In this document: positions 54,157 to 63,822 of the stretch, one piece after another | How the letters are laid out: each line of letters opens with the position of its first letter | Position numbering within the stretch: position 1 is the first letter of the stretch | Assembly (NCBI GenBank): GCA_963705305.1 | Contig: OY970067.1 | Coordinates: 4,448,001 to 4,512,000, forward strand | DNA: 64,000 nucleotides | Source: an uncultured Methylomirabilota bacterium | Lineage (GTDB): Bacteria > Methylomirabilota > Methylomirabilia > Methylomirabilales > 2-02-FULL-66-22 | Direction: 5' to 3' | Notes under the pieces: model-generated | The model's database searches: none | What the model was told of the DNA's origin: nothing | The model's input: the letters and a program-made list of their open reading frames with translations, nothing else | Translations under genes and position numbers: made by a program

Positions 54157-54936
54157 ATGGAGCGAACCCGGAAACCCAAACTGGCCGTGTGGAAATTCGC
54201 CTCCTGTGACGGCTGCCAGTTGAGCCTCCTGGACTGCGAGGACGAGCTGCTGGCGGTCGCCGGCGCGGTGGAGATCGCCAATTTTCCCGAGGCCTCCAGC
54301 GCGGTGGCCCGCGGCCCCTACGACCTGTCCCTGGTCGAGGGCTCCATCACCACGCCGCACGATGCGGAGCGCATTCACCAGGTGCGACGCGCCTCCAAGG
54401 TGCTGGTAACCATCGGGGCCTGCGCCACCGCCGGCGGCATCCAGGCGCTTCGCAACTTCGCCGCCGTCAAGGACTACGTGGCCGCCGTCTACCCCACCCC
54501 CGCCTACATCGAGACGCTCAACAAGTCCACCCCCATCGCCGACCACGTCTTCGTGGATTTCGAGCTGCGGGGATGCCCCATCAACAAACTGCAACTGGTC
54601 GAGGTGCTGAGCGCGTTCCTGCACAATCGCAAGCCGAACACCCCCGCCTACAGCGTGTGCGCCGAGTGCAAGCGCCGGGGAACCGTCTGCGTCATGGTGA
54701 CCGACGGGGCGGTCTGCCTGGGGCCGGCGACGCACGCCGGCTGCGGGGCCATCTGCCCCGCCTACCGGCGCGGCTGCTACGGCTGCTTCGGCCCCAAGGA
54801 GACGCCCAACCCGGCCTCCCTGAGCGCCTGGTGGACCGAGCGGGGCCTGGCGCGAGAGGACCTCGTGCGCACCTTCCGCGGCTTCAACGCCTATGCCGAG
54901 CCATTCCGCAGGGAGAGCGAAGCCCATGAAAAGTAA
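54157..54936 (+). CDS. Group 3b hydrogenase small (delta) subunit
   Basis: [20 protein letters not shown] and C-terminal Cys clusters. Confidence 0.9.
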   Translation: MERTRKPKLAVWKFASCDGCQLSLLDCEDELLAVAGAVEIANFPEASSAVARGPYDLSLVEGSITTPHDAERIHQVRRASKVLVTIGACATAGGIQALRNFAAVKDYVAAVYPTPAYIETLNKSTPIADHVFVDFELRGCPINKLQLVEVLSAFLHNRKPNTPAYSVCAECKRRGTVCVMVTDGAVCLGPATHAGCGAICPAYRRGCYGCFGPKETPNPASLSAWWTERGLAREDLVRTFRGFNAYAEPFRRESEAHEK

Positions 54937-56215
54937 AACGATCAAGGTCGATTACCTGGCGCGCGTCGAGGGCGAAGGCGGGCTGACCATCAAGATGAAG
55001 GGCCGCAGTGTGGCGGACGTCAAGCTGCGGATCTTCGAGCCCCCGCGCCTCTTCGAGGCGTTCCTGCGGGGCCGCCGCTTCGGGGAGGCGCCCGATATCA
55101 CCGCCCGCATCTGTGGGATCTGTCCCATCGCCTACCAGATGAGCTCCGTGCACGCCATGGAGGATGCCTTCGGGGTGACGGTGAGCGGCCCCCTGCGGGC
55201 GCTGCGCCGGCTGATCTATTGCGGCGAATGGATCGAGAGCCACGTCCTGCACGTGGCCATGCTGCATGCCCCGGACTTCCTCGGCTATCCCGACGCCCTG
55301 CAGATGGCCAAGGATCACCCCGCCGCCGTCCAGCAGGCGCTGCAGCTGAAGAAGGTCGGCAACGATCTGGTGGCCCTGCTGGGCGGCCGGGAGATCCACC
55401 CCATCAACGTCAAGGTCGGGGGATTCTACCGCGTGCCCAGGAAGGGGGAGCTCCTGCCGCTGGCGGAGCGATTGAAGTGGGGAGTCGAGGCGGCCGAGGC
55501 GCTTGTCCGCTGGACCGGCGGGCTGCCCTTCCCGCAGTTCGAGCGGGACTACGAGTTCGTGGCCCTGCGCCATCCGGACGAGTATCCCTTCAACGAGGGC
55601 CGGGTCGTCTCCAGCCAGGGCCTCGACATCGCCATCCGGGATTTCCTGACCGAGTTTGCCGAGGAGCACGTCCCGCACTCCACGGCCCTGCACGCCGTGG
55701 TACGGAAGAGAGGGGCTTACGCGGTCGGCCCGCTGGCCCGCTACAACCTCAATTTCGACCGGCTGACCCCCAGGGCGCAGGAGGCCGCCCGCGCCGCCGG
55801 CCTGTCCCCGGTCTGCCGCAACCCCTTCCAAGGCATCGTCGTACGCAGCGTGGAGACCCTCTACGCCTGCGAGGAAGCCCTGCGGATCATCGGCGAGTAC
55901 GAGATGCCCGACGCACCCGCCGTGGCCATCCAGCCCCGCGCCGGCGTCGGGTCGGGGTGCACCGAGGCCCCGCGTGGAATCTTGTACCACCGCTACAGCC
56001 TGGACAGCGCGGGGGTGATCCTGGAGGCCCGCATCGTCCCGCCGACCGCCCAGAACCAGCGGACGATCGAGCACGACCTTCGGGAGTTCGTTCCCACCTG
56101 CGCCGACCTCCCGCAGGACGAGCTGACCAGAAAGTGCGAGCTGGCGATCCGGAACTACGACCCGTGCATCTCCTGCTCGGCGCACGCGCTGAGGGTTCGC
56201 CTGGACCGGGAGTGA
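54926..56215 (+). CDS. Group 3b [NiFe]-hydrogenase large (alpha) subunit
   Basis: ARVEGEG, L1 RICGICP, L2 DPCISCSAH followed by a cleavable tail. Confidence 0.93.
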   Translation: MKSKTIKVDYLARVEGEGGLTIKMKGRSVADVKLRIFEPPRLFEAFLRGRRFGEAPDITARICGICPIAYQMSSVHAMEDAFGVTVSGPLRALRRLIYCGEWIESHVLHVAMLHAPDFLGYPDALQMAKDHPAAVQQALQLKKVGNDLVALLGGREIHPINVKVGGFYRVPRKGELLPLAERLKWGVEAAEALVRWTGGLPFPQFERDYEFVALRHPDEYPFNEGRVVSSQGLDIAIRDFLTEFAEEHVPHSTALHAVVRKRGAYAVGPLARYNLNFDRLTPRAQEAARAAGLSPVCRNPFQGIVVRSVETLYACEEALRIIGEYEMPDAPAVAIQPRAGVGSGCTEAPRGILYHRYSLDSAGVILEARIVPPTAQNQRTIEHDLREFVPTCADLPQDELTRKCELAIRNYDPCISCSAHALRVRLDRE

Positions 56216-56452
56216 GCCGGATCACCTGCATGCCCGGGTTCCCCCTCCGCCCTGTCCCCGTTCGGCCCGGCAATCGGTCGCGCCGCGCGGGGGCGGGGCG
56301 GGCCGATCACGTCCGCCACATCCCCCCACCCTGCCTGGCGTAGGCAAGGCTCGCCGCCCTGTTGGAATCCTTCGCCGTTCCCGGCCCCACGGGAGGGCCG
56401 CAGTCCGCTTGCATGGCACTCCCAACGATTGTGCCGAGCGGGTGTTTTCGCC

Positions 56453-56482
56453 TTGACAGCGCGGCCGCATTTCAACTAGCGT
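56453..56482 (+). promoter_or_regulatory. Putative sigma70 promoter
   Basis: TTGACA-18-TAGCGT upstream of a structured leader. Confidence 0.55.
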
Positions 56483-56485
56483 GTC

Positions 56486-56613
56486 GCCCGAAGCTTCGGG
56501 CTCTCTGTCGATCGGGGGACCGTATATGCCGAGCGAGATCAGACGTTTCGGCAGGGCACAGGCGAGGCCCTCTGGAGAGGACGTCTAGTACGTCTCCTCA
56601 GAGGGCTTTTTTT
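56486..56613 (+). ncRNA. Riboswitch/attenuator-like leader
   Basis: UGCCGA...UCGGCA stem followed by GGGC, CUGU/ACAG closing stem, intrinsic terminator within the leader. Confidence 0.55.
56565..56613 (+). terminator. Intrinsic terminator inside the 5' leader
   Basis: GCCCTCTG...GACGT-CTAGT-ACGTC...CAGAGGGC plus T7. Confidence 0.85.
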
Positions 56614-56685
56614 GTTCGGGATCGCATTCTCCCTTCGTCACGGGGCGGCTGCCCTGCGGTGTTCCGCCCCGGGAGGCACCCAGAG

Positions 56686-57720
56686 GTGAACAACCTCGTG
56701 GTGCTGAAGACGGCCGATCTCGATCCGTTCCTGTCCCGGCTTGCATGCCGGTACGACGTGTACCTCCCGGCCCAAACGCAGGGACAACGCATCCTCCGGA
56801 AATACCCCCACGCCACCGCGGATCCCGCGACGGGAGACGTTCGTCCGGTGGAGCCGCTCAAAGTGTTCTTCTCCCCTGCGCGGGAGCGGGTGGCCGAAGA
56901 TTTCGCCAGCCGCATGCCCCCGCCCCCACCCAAGCCGTTCGCCGCGGTCGGCGTCAAGGCATGCGATCTCAAGGCCCTCCGCGTCCAGGACCACGTTTTC
57001 AAGGACGCCGGGGTCCACGACCCCTTCTATCTCCGGAATCGCGAGCAGAACCTCATTCTCGCCGCCGATTGCACCGGTGCCCTCGATACCTGCTTCTGTC
57101 TGGCGCTGGGCGTCCAGCCGCACCCGCAGGAGAACTTCGACCTGAACTTTTCCCCGGTTCCCGGCGGCTTTGTCGTGGAGGCCGCCGGACCGAAGGGCCG
57201 GAGCCTGCTCCAGGAGCACTCCCACCTGTTTCATCCCGCCATGGACGCAGACCTGCGCGCCCGCGACGACCAGCGGGCGCGAGTCCGCGACGTGGTGGAG
57301 CGAAACCTCACAATGCAGGACATCCCGCGGCAGGATCAGTTCGGGGACATCATTCGGCACAATTGGGGCGCCGATCTCTGGCAGGAGGAGGCCCGGACGT
57401 GCGTCGAGTGCGGCGCCTGCACCGCCGTCTGCCCCACCTGCCACTGTTTTCTCCTCTATGACCAGCGAGACGACCGGCGGATGGAGCGATTGCGCACCTG
57501 GGACTCCTGCCTGATCAAGGACTACGCCAGAGTTGCCGGAGGCGGCAACCCGCGGAGGCGCCTCTGGATGAGGCTGCGCAACCGGTTTGACAAGAAGTTC
57601 GACTTCTTCCCGCGGGTGGCCGCCGTGTATGCGTGCACGGGCTGCGGGCGGTGCATCAGCGCCTGCCCGGGAAAGATCGACATCCGGAGAATCCTGAGAA
57701 GGCTGGTCAACCGTGCCTGA
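56686..57720 (+). CDS. HydB/AsrA-like 4Fe-4S dicluster protein
   Basis: CVECGACTAVCPTCHC, CTGCGRCISACP; GTG start with GGAGG. Confidence 0.85.
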   Translation: MNNLVVLKTADLDPFLSRLACRYDVYLPAQTQGQRILRKYPHATADPATGDVRPVEPLKVFFSPARERVAEDFASRMPPPPPKPFAAVGVKACDLKALRVQDHVFKDAGVHDPFYLRNREQNLILAADCTGALDTCFCLALGVQPHPQENFDLNFSPVPGGFVVEAAGPKGRSLLQEHSHLFHPAMDADLRARDDQRARVRDVVERNLTMQDIPRQDQFGDIIRHNWGADLWQEEARTCVECGACTAVCPTCHCFLLYDQRDDRRMERLRTWDSCLIKDYARVAGGGNPRRRLWMRLRNRFDKKFDFFPRVAAVYACTGCGRCISACPGKIDIRRILRRLVNRA

Positions 57721-58534
57721 ATCCAATCCGTACCGGCCCGTCAGGGCAGAGGTCTCGGAGGTCATCACCGAGACCCCGACCATCAAGACCATCCGGTTCC
57801 GACCCGAAGAGCCGATTCCCTTCCGCACCGGCCAATTCGTCCAGCTCACCATCCCCGGCGTCGGGGAGGCCCCCTTCACCCCCTCCTCGCCTCCGGCCGC
57901 CGGGGACTTCCTGGAAGTCAGCGTGATGCGGGTGGGCAAGGTCACCGGTGAGGTGCACCGTCTCGCCCCCGGGGATGCAATCGGGGTCCGCGGTCCCTTC
58001 GGCAACGGCTACCCGGTGGAGCGGCTCATCGGCAGAGAGGTCCTGGTGGTCGGCGGCGGATGCGGTTTTGCCCCCCTGCGCAGCCTGATGTACGCGCTCT
58101 TCAGCCTGAGCGGGCAGCTCAGGAAGCTGTACTTCCGTGGAGGCTGCAAGAGCCCCGGCGAGTTCCTGTACCGGCGGGAGATCGAGGGCTGGACCCAGCG
58201 GCCGGACCTCCAGGTCGAGCTGACGGTGGATCGGGGAGATGCCACCTGGACGGGGCCGGTGGGAGTGGTCACCACGATCCTGGACAGCGCGGAGATGGAT
58301 TACCCGAACGGCATCGCGATCGTCTGCGGGCCGCCCATCATGATGAAGTTCGCCACCATGAAGCTGCTGCAGATGGGCTTCCAAGAGGAGAACCTCTACC
58401 TGTCGATGGAAAAGAACATGTCGTGCGGGATCGGGAAGTGCGGCCACTGCCGCCTGGGCGTCCATTACCCGTGCCAGGACGGCCCGGTGTTCCGGTACGA
58501 CATGATCAAGCACGCCCCTGAACTCTGGGACTGA
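57713..58534 (+). CDS. HydG/AsrB-like FAD/NAD(P)-binding oxidoreductase
   Basis: GQFVQL, RGPFGNG, GGGCGFAP, CGPP, MSCGIGKCGHC. Confidence 0.88.
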   Translation: MPESNPYRPVRAEVSEVITETPTIKTIRFRPEEPIPFRTGQFVQLTIPGVGEAPFTPSSPPAAGDFLEVSVMRVGKVTGEVHRLAPGDAIGVRGPFGNGYPVERLIGREVLVVGGGCGFAPLRSLMYALFSLSGQLRKLYFRGGCKSPGEFLYRREIEGWTQRPDLQVELTVDRGDATWTGPVGVVTTILDSAEMDYPNGIAIVCGPPIMMKFATMKLLQMGFQEENLYLSMEKNMSCGIGKCGHCRLGVHYPCQDGPVFRYDMIKHAPELWD

Positions 58535-58538
58535 TCCG

Positions 58539-59114
58539 ATGGCCGAGATCACCACCAGCGCGGAAGAGCTGCACCGGGCCCGCTTGAATCCGGCGCCCCG
58601 ACCGGGGGAGGATGTGCGGCTGTGGGTGGACCTCGACCGCTGCGCCGCGGGCGAGTGCAGGGGGTGCGTGATCCAGTGCAGCTACTACTATCACCCCCAG
58701 GCGCCCGGCAACACCGGAATTATCTCGGTGGTCGAGCTGGCAACCTACGCCCTGGTGTGCCGCCGCTGCCAGGAGTCGCACTGCGTGAAGGCCTGCCCCG
58801 CCGAGGCGCTCCAGCAGCAGGCCGACCGGGGGGGGCTGCTGATCCGGCACGCCATGCGCTGCGTGAGCTGCAAGTCCTGCTCGCACGCCTGCCCCTACGG
58901 CACCATCTACCCGTCCCACGTGCCGCTGTTGATCCACAACTGCGATTACTGCCTGGACCGCCGGGACAGCGGGGACGAGCCGCTGTGCGTGCGGACCTGT
59001 CCGCACGGGGCTCTCGGCCTCAGACGCGCCGATATCGCGCTCGACGAGCACACGTTCCTGGTGGGCGACCACCTGATCGTCCACTCCACGCACTGGCGCC
59101 GGGAGACGGCCTGA
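58539..59114 (+). CDS. 4Fe-4S ferredoxin-type protein (DmsB/HycB-like)
   Basis: CRRCQESHCVKACP, CVSCKSCSHACPYG, CDYC..CVRTCP. Confidence 0.85.
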   Translation: MAEITTSAEELHRARLNPAPRPGEDVRLWVDLDRCAAGECRGCVIQCSYYYHPQAPGNTGIISVVELATYALVCRRCQESHCVKACPAEALQQQADRGGLLIRHAMRCVSCKSCSHACPYGTIYPSHVPLLIHNCDYCLDRRDSGDEPLCVRTCPHGALGLRRADIALDEHTFLVGDHLIVHSTHWRRETA

Positions 59115-60034
59115 TGGCCTTCGTGCATCTCCTGCTGCTGGGGTGCCTGCTCACCGCCGCCCTCGGGCTGCTGGCCAGCTGGCTGGACCGCAAGCTGACC
59201 GCCCGCATCCAGTACCGCACGGGCCCCCCGCTCTGGCAGCCCGCCGTCAACGTCCTCAAGCTCTTGGGGAAAGAAAATCTCGTCCCGGCGGGCGCCTCCA
59301 AGATCATCTTCCTGGGCGCGCCGCTGCTCGGCTTTGCCGGCGTGGTGCTGGTGGCCACGCTGCTCTGGCAGAACAGCCTGACCCCCGGCCGCTCCTTCAC
59401 CGGGGACGTGATCGTGGTCCTGTACCTGCTGGCCATCCCGTCGATCAGTGTCATGGCGGGCGGGTTCGCCTCGGGCAATCCGCTGGCCAGCCTGGGGGCC
59501 GGCCGCGAGATGAAGCTGCTCCTCGGCTACGAGCTGCCCTTCCTGCTGGCGGTGCTGGTTCCCGTCATCAAGACGGGCTATTCCCTGCGTCTGGGGGACA
59601 TCATCGCCGCCCAGGTCCGGAGCGGCCTGGTGGCCGCCAGTCCCTCCGGGCTGCTGGCTTTGGGGGCAGCCATTCTGTGCGTGCAGGCCAAGCTCGGCCT
59701 GGTTCCGTTCGACCTGGCCGAGGCGGAGACCGAGATCGTCGGCGGCCCCCTAATCGAGTATTCGGGGGCGCCCATGGCCGTCTACCGGCTGACCAAGAGC
59801 ATGCTGCTCTTCGTCCTGCCCTTCCTCCTGGTGACCCTCTTCCTTGGCGGCCTCCGCTGGGACGGCGCGTCGCTGGCCCGGGGGGCGCTGGAAATGGCGG
59901 CCCTGGTCGCCGTCCTCAGCGTGATTCGCAACACCAACCCGCGGGTGCGGATCGACCAGATGCTCCGATTCTTCTGGGGCCGAGTGGCGGTCGTCGCGGC
60001 TGCCGCCGTGCTCCTGGCCCTGCTGGGGAGATAG
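59114..60034 (+). CDS. NuoH/HycD-like membrane subunit
   Basis: RKLTARIQYRTGPP, KLLGKE, PFDLAEAETE, EYSG, PRVRIDQ. Confidence 0.9.
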   Translation: MAFVHLLLLGCLLTAALGLLASWLDRKLTARIQYRTGPPLWQPAVNVLKLLGKENLVPAGASKIIFLGAPLLGFAGVVLVATLLWQNSLTPGRSFTGDVIVVLYLLAIPSISVMAGGFASGNPLASLGAGREMKLLLGYELPFLLAVLVPVIKTGYSLRLGDIIAAQVRSGLVAASPSGLLALGAAILCVQAKLGLVPFDLAEAETEIVGGPLIEYSGAPMAVYRLTKSMLLFVLPFLLVTLFLGGLRWDGASLARGALEMAALVAVLSVIRNTNPRVRIDQMLRFFWGRVAVVAAAAVLLALLGR

Positions 60035-60035
60035 G

Positions 60036-60464
60036 ATGGGCCTGAAGCTCGCCGCGCTGCTGAAATCCCCGTGGGTCTTTCACCTGTCCACGGGCAGCTG
60101 CAACAACTGCGACATCGAGGTTCTGGACTGCCTGACGCCGCGCTTCGACGTGGAGCGGTTCGGGATCCTCCTGGCCGGAAGCATCAAACAGGCGGATGTC
60201 CTCCTGGTCACGGGGTCGGGCAACCGGAAATCGATGGAGCGGGTCAAGCGGCTTTACACCCAGGCCCCCCAGCCCTGTCTGGTCGCGGCGATCGGGGAGT
60301 GCGCCCTGTCCCGCGGCATGTTCATCCACAGCTACAACTGTCCGCTGCCGGTGGACAGGGTCCTCCCGGTGGATATCTACATCCCCGGCTGTCCGCCCAA
60401 GCCCGAGGCGATCATCGCCGGGATCCTCAAGCTGGCGGCCAAGGTGAAGGGGGGCGCGGCATGA
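60036..60464 (+). CDS. Group 4 hydrogenase small subunit (NuoB-like)
   Basis: GSCNNCDIE, IGECA, IPGCPPKPEAI. Confidence 0.9.
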   Translation: MGLKLAALLKSPWVFHLSTGSCNNCDIEVLDCLTPRFDVERFGILLAGSIKQADVLLVTGSGNRKSMERVKRLYTQAPQPCLVAAIGECALSRGMFIHSYNCPLPVDRVLPVDIYIPGCPPKPEAIIAGILKLAAKVKGGAA

Positions 60465-60934
60465 CCCGGGACGAGGTGCTGGCGGAGCTGGCGGGCCGCT
60501 TCGCGGAGAGTATCCTCGACGTCCGGAGGCCCTCCCCCGCCCGGGCCTACGTCGAGATCCGGCCCGCGGCTGTCCGGGCCATCGCCGGCCATCTCTTCCA
60601 CGACCGGGGCGCGCGCTTCAATACCGCCTCGGGGGTGGACGGGCGCGACCGGATGGAGATCCTCTACCACTTCACCCTGGAGGAGATCAACCTGCTGGTC
60701 TCCCTGCGCGTCCGGCTGCCCAAGACCAACCCGGAGGTCGAGTCCCTGACGCCGCTGTTCGAGGCCGCCAACTGGGTCGAGCGCGAGATGCACGAGCTGC
60801 TGGGAATCCACTTCACGGGCCATCCGGACCTGCGCCGGCTGCTGCTGCCCGAGGAGTGGCCGGAGGGGGTGTATCCCCTGCGCCGGGAGTACCGCGAGTG
60901 GGATCCGCAGGCCATCCGCGACCGGGGCGTCTGA
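60461..60934 (+). CDS. NuoC-like subunit
   Basis: EILYHF, WVEREMHELLGI.F.GHPDLRRL, YPLRR. Confidence 0.88.
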   Translation: MTRDEVLAELAGRFAESILDVRRPSPARAYVEIRPAAVRAIAGHLFHDRGARFNTASGVDGRDRMEILYHFTLEEINLLVSLRVRLPKTNPEVESLTPLFEAANWVEREMHELLGIHFTGHPDLRRLLLPEEWPEGVYPLRREYREWDPQAIRDRGV

Positions 60935-62118
60935 TGCCGAGGACCATCGTCCCCATCGGCCCGTACCATCCGCTCCAGGAAGAGCCGGAGTTCTTCACCC
61001 TCACGGTGGACGGCGAGCTCGTCGTGGACATCGACGTCCGCATCGGCTACAACCACCGCGGCATCGAGAAGCTCTCCGAGATGAAGACCTTCGACCAGTC
61101 CACCTTCGTGGTGGAGCGGATCTGCGGCATCTGCTCCACCAGCCACCCGCTGGCCTTCGTCCAGGCGGTGGAGGACATCTGCCTGGTGGAGGTGCCGGAG
61201 CGGGCCAAGTACATCCGCACCATCATCGCGGAGGGCGAGCGGGTGCACTCGCATCTGCTCTGGCTGGGGCTGGCCGGCCACTTCCTGGGGTACAACACGG
61301 TGTACATGTGGGCCTGGAAGCTGCGCGAGGAGATCCTGGACGTCATGGAGATTCTCTCCGGCAACCGGAACAACTACGGGATGTTCAAACCCGGCGGGGT
61401 CCGGCGGGACCTGCGGGCGGAGAATATCCCCGGCGTGCTGAAGAAGATCGATTCCATCGTCCCCACCCTGGAGATGCTGCGGAAGGCCGTCCTGGACGAC
61501 CCCGTCCTGCAGGCCCGCACCAAGGGGATCGGGATCCTGTCGCGGGAGGCGGCCATCGCCTACAGCGCGCTGGGGCCCACGGCCAGGGCCTCCGGGGTGG
61601 CCAGGGACGTGCGGAAGGATTGCCCCTACGCCGCCTACGATCAGCTCGACTGGAACATGATCGTCCTCCAGGGCGGCGACGTGTTCGACAAGCTGCTCCT
61701 CCGGATCCTGGAGACGTTCGAATCGATCAAGATCCTCCGGCAGTGCCTGCGGAGGCTGCCGCCTGGGGAGATCGACGCCAAGCTCACCTCCATCCCCCCG
61801 GGCGAGGGCATCGGCCAGCACGAGGCCCCCCGCGGGGAGACCTTCCACTACGTGCGGAGCGACGGCACCAATCGCCCCGCCCGCCACAAGGTCCGCGCCC
61901 CCACCTTCATGAATCTGCCCACCTACAAGGCCACCATCGTCGGGGGGACCCTGTCGGATGCGACCATCATCCTGGCTGCCATCGACCCGTGCTACTGCTG
62001 CACGGAGCGGCTGGCCGTGCGGGATCTCCGGGGCAGGAAGATCCACGGCGGGCCGGACCTGGTCCGCCTGTCGCAGGAGAAGACGGAGCGGCTCCGAAAG
62101 CACGGGGGTGCGATATGA
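60934..62118 (+). CDS. Group 4 [NiFe]-hydrogenase large subunit
   Basis: GPYHP, HRGIEK, L1 ERICGICS, EAPRGE, L2 DPCYCCTER: all four Ni-binding Cys present. Confidence 0.9.
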   Translation: MPRTIVPIGPYHPLQEEPEFFTLTVDGELVVDIDVRIGYNHRGIEKLSEMKTFDQSTFVVERICGICSTSHPLAFVQAVEDICLVEVPERAKYIRTIIAEGERVHSHLLWLGLAGHFLGYNTVYMWAWKLREEILDVMEILSGNRNNYGMFKPGGVRRDLRAENIPGVLKKIDSIVPTLEMLRKAVLDDPVLQARTKGIGILSREAAIAYSALGPTARASGVARDVRKDCPYAAYDQLDWNMIVLQGGDVFDKLLLRILETFESIKILRQCLRRLPPGEIDAKLTSIPPGEGIGQHEAPRGETFHYVRSDGTNRPARHKVRAPTFMNLPTYKATIVGGTLSDATIILAAIDPCYCCTERLAVRDLRGRKIHGGPDLVRLSQEKTERLRKHGGAI

Positions 62119-63761
62119 GCCGGCTGGGCGCGTACGTGTTGGCCGATCCGCTGTCGCTGTTCATCGCGGCGGCCGTGCTGTTCTTCTCCCTGCTCACGCT
62201 GCTGTACTCCGCCCGCTTCATGCGGGGTCGGGAGCGGCTCGGGCGTTACTACACCTTTCTCCTGCTCACCCTCCTGACCGCCCTGGGGGCCGCGCTGGCG
62301 AGCCATCTGGTGGTCTTCCTGGTCTTCTGGGGCTTCCTGGCCCTTCTGCTCTATCTGCTGATCGGGCTCGGTTCCACCCGCGAGACCCCCTCCACCGCCA
62401 AGAAGACGCTCATCATCGTGGGGGGCAGCGACGCCGTGATGCTCCTGGGGGTGGCCCTGGTCTGGCACCTGGCCGGCTCGCTCTGGATGGACGAGATTCA
62501 TCTGGATCTGGCCTCCTGGCCGGCGACGGCGGCGTGGCTGTGCCTGGTGGCAGGCGCCCTGGCCAAGGCGGGTGGCATGCCCTTCCATTCCTGGGTGCCC
62601 GACACCGCCGCCGATGCGCCGATTCCGGTCACAGCGCTTTTGCCCGCCGCGCTGGACAAGCTCCTGGGGATCTACCTGCTGGCCAGGACCTGCCTGACCC
62701 TCTTCCGGATGACGCCGGCAGCCAACACCGTTCTCATGATCGCGGGAAGCATCACTGTCCTGGCCGCCGTCATGATGGCCCTCGTCCAGCACGACATGAA
62801 GCGACTGCTGGGCTACCACGCCGTGAGCCAGGTCGGGTACATGGTCATGGGGATCGGAACGGGGAGCCCGGTGGGGATCGCGGGCGGATTGTTCCACATG
62901 CTGAATCACGCCATCTACAAGTCGTGCCTCTTCTTCGGGTGCGGGGCGGTGGAACAGGAGGCCGGGACCACCCGCCTGGAGAACCTGGGAGGTCTGGCCC
63001 GCACGATGCCGATCACTTTCGGCGCGTTCCTGGTGGCATCCCTGGCCATCTCCGGCGTCCCGCCCCTCAATGGCTTCGCCTCCAAGTGGATGATCTATCA
63101 GGGCATCATCGAATCCGCGCGCGGCGGCGAGCGCCTCTGGGTGCTGTGGCTGGTCGCCGCCATGTTCGGCAGCGCCCTGACCCTGGCCAGCTTCCTGAAG
63201 GTGCTGCATGCGGTCTTCCTCGGCCAGCCGGCCGGCCGGCGGATCGCCTCGGAGCACGAGACCGGCCCGCCCATGTGGATCCCGACGGCCGTCCTGGCCC
63301 TGCTCTGCCTGCTGTTCGGGGTGTGGGCCGTTCCGTTGCCGCTGCACTTCCTCATCTATCCCGCCCTGGGCTTCGCACCGGCCTTTCCCGGCGTCTGGAC
63401 CGCCGGCCTGGCGACGGGCCTGATCCTCGCCGCCCTGGGGGTCGGCTTCCTGATGGCCTGGGGGGGAAACGTGCTGACGACCCGCGAAACCGAGGTCTTC
63501 GTCGGCGGCGAGCCGCTCCAGGCCCACCCGGAGATGCGCGTTTCCGGGGCGGAGTTTTACCACACCATCCGGACCATGGGCGGCCTGAAGGCCGTCTACG
63601 ACCGGGCGGAGCAGAGAAAGCTGGATCCCTACACCATCGCGATCGCCGTCACGGGTGTGCTGACCAAGGGGCTGCAGCGCCTGCACAACGGGATCCTGCC
63701 GACCTACTTGGCCTGGTGTCTGCTGGGGGCGGCGGTGCTGTGTCTCCTGCTGCTTCGGTGA
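62115..63761 (+). CDS. MrpA/NuoL-like antiporter subunit
   Basis: AKAG..PFHSWVPD, MKRLLGYH, NHAIYKSCLF, GVPPLNGFASK. Confidence 0.88.
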   Translation: MSRLGAYVLADPLSLFIAAAVLFFSLLTLLYSARFMRGRERLGRYYTFLLLTLLTALGAALASHLVVFLVFWGFLALLLYLLIGLGSTRETPSTAKKTLIIVGGSDAVMLLGVALVWHLAGSLWMDEIHLDLASWPATAAWLCLVAGALAKAGGMPFHSWVPDTAADAPIPVTALLPAALDKLLGIYLLARTCLTLFRMTPAANTVLMIAGSITVLAAVMMALVQHDMKRLLGYHAVSQVGYMVMGIGTGSPVGIAGGLFHMLNHAIYKSCLFFGCGAVEQEAGTTRLENLGGLARTMPITFGAFLVASLAISGVPPLNGFASKWMIYQGIIESARGGERLWVLWLVAAMFGSALTLASFLKVLHAVFLGQPAGRRIASEHETGPPMWIPTAVLALLCLLFGVWAVPLPLHFLIYPALGFAPAFPGVWTAGLATGLILAALGVGFLMAWGGNVLTTRETEVFVGGEPLQAHPEMRVSGAEFYHTIRTMGGLKAVYDRAEQRKLDPYTIAIAVTGVLTKGLQRLHNGILPTYLAWCLLGAAVLCLLLLR

Positions 63762-63822
63762 GCGAGGTCCCGGGAATCCGTCGCCCCTTCTGTCCGGGCG
63801 GCGGGGCCCGGAGGGATGGCCG

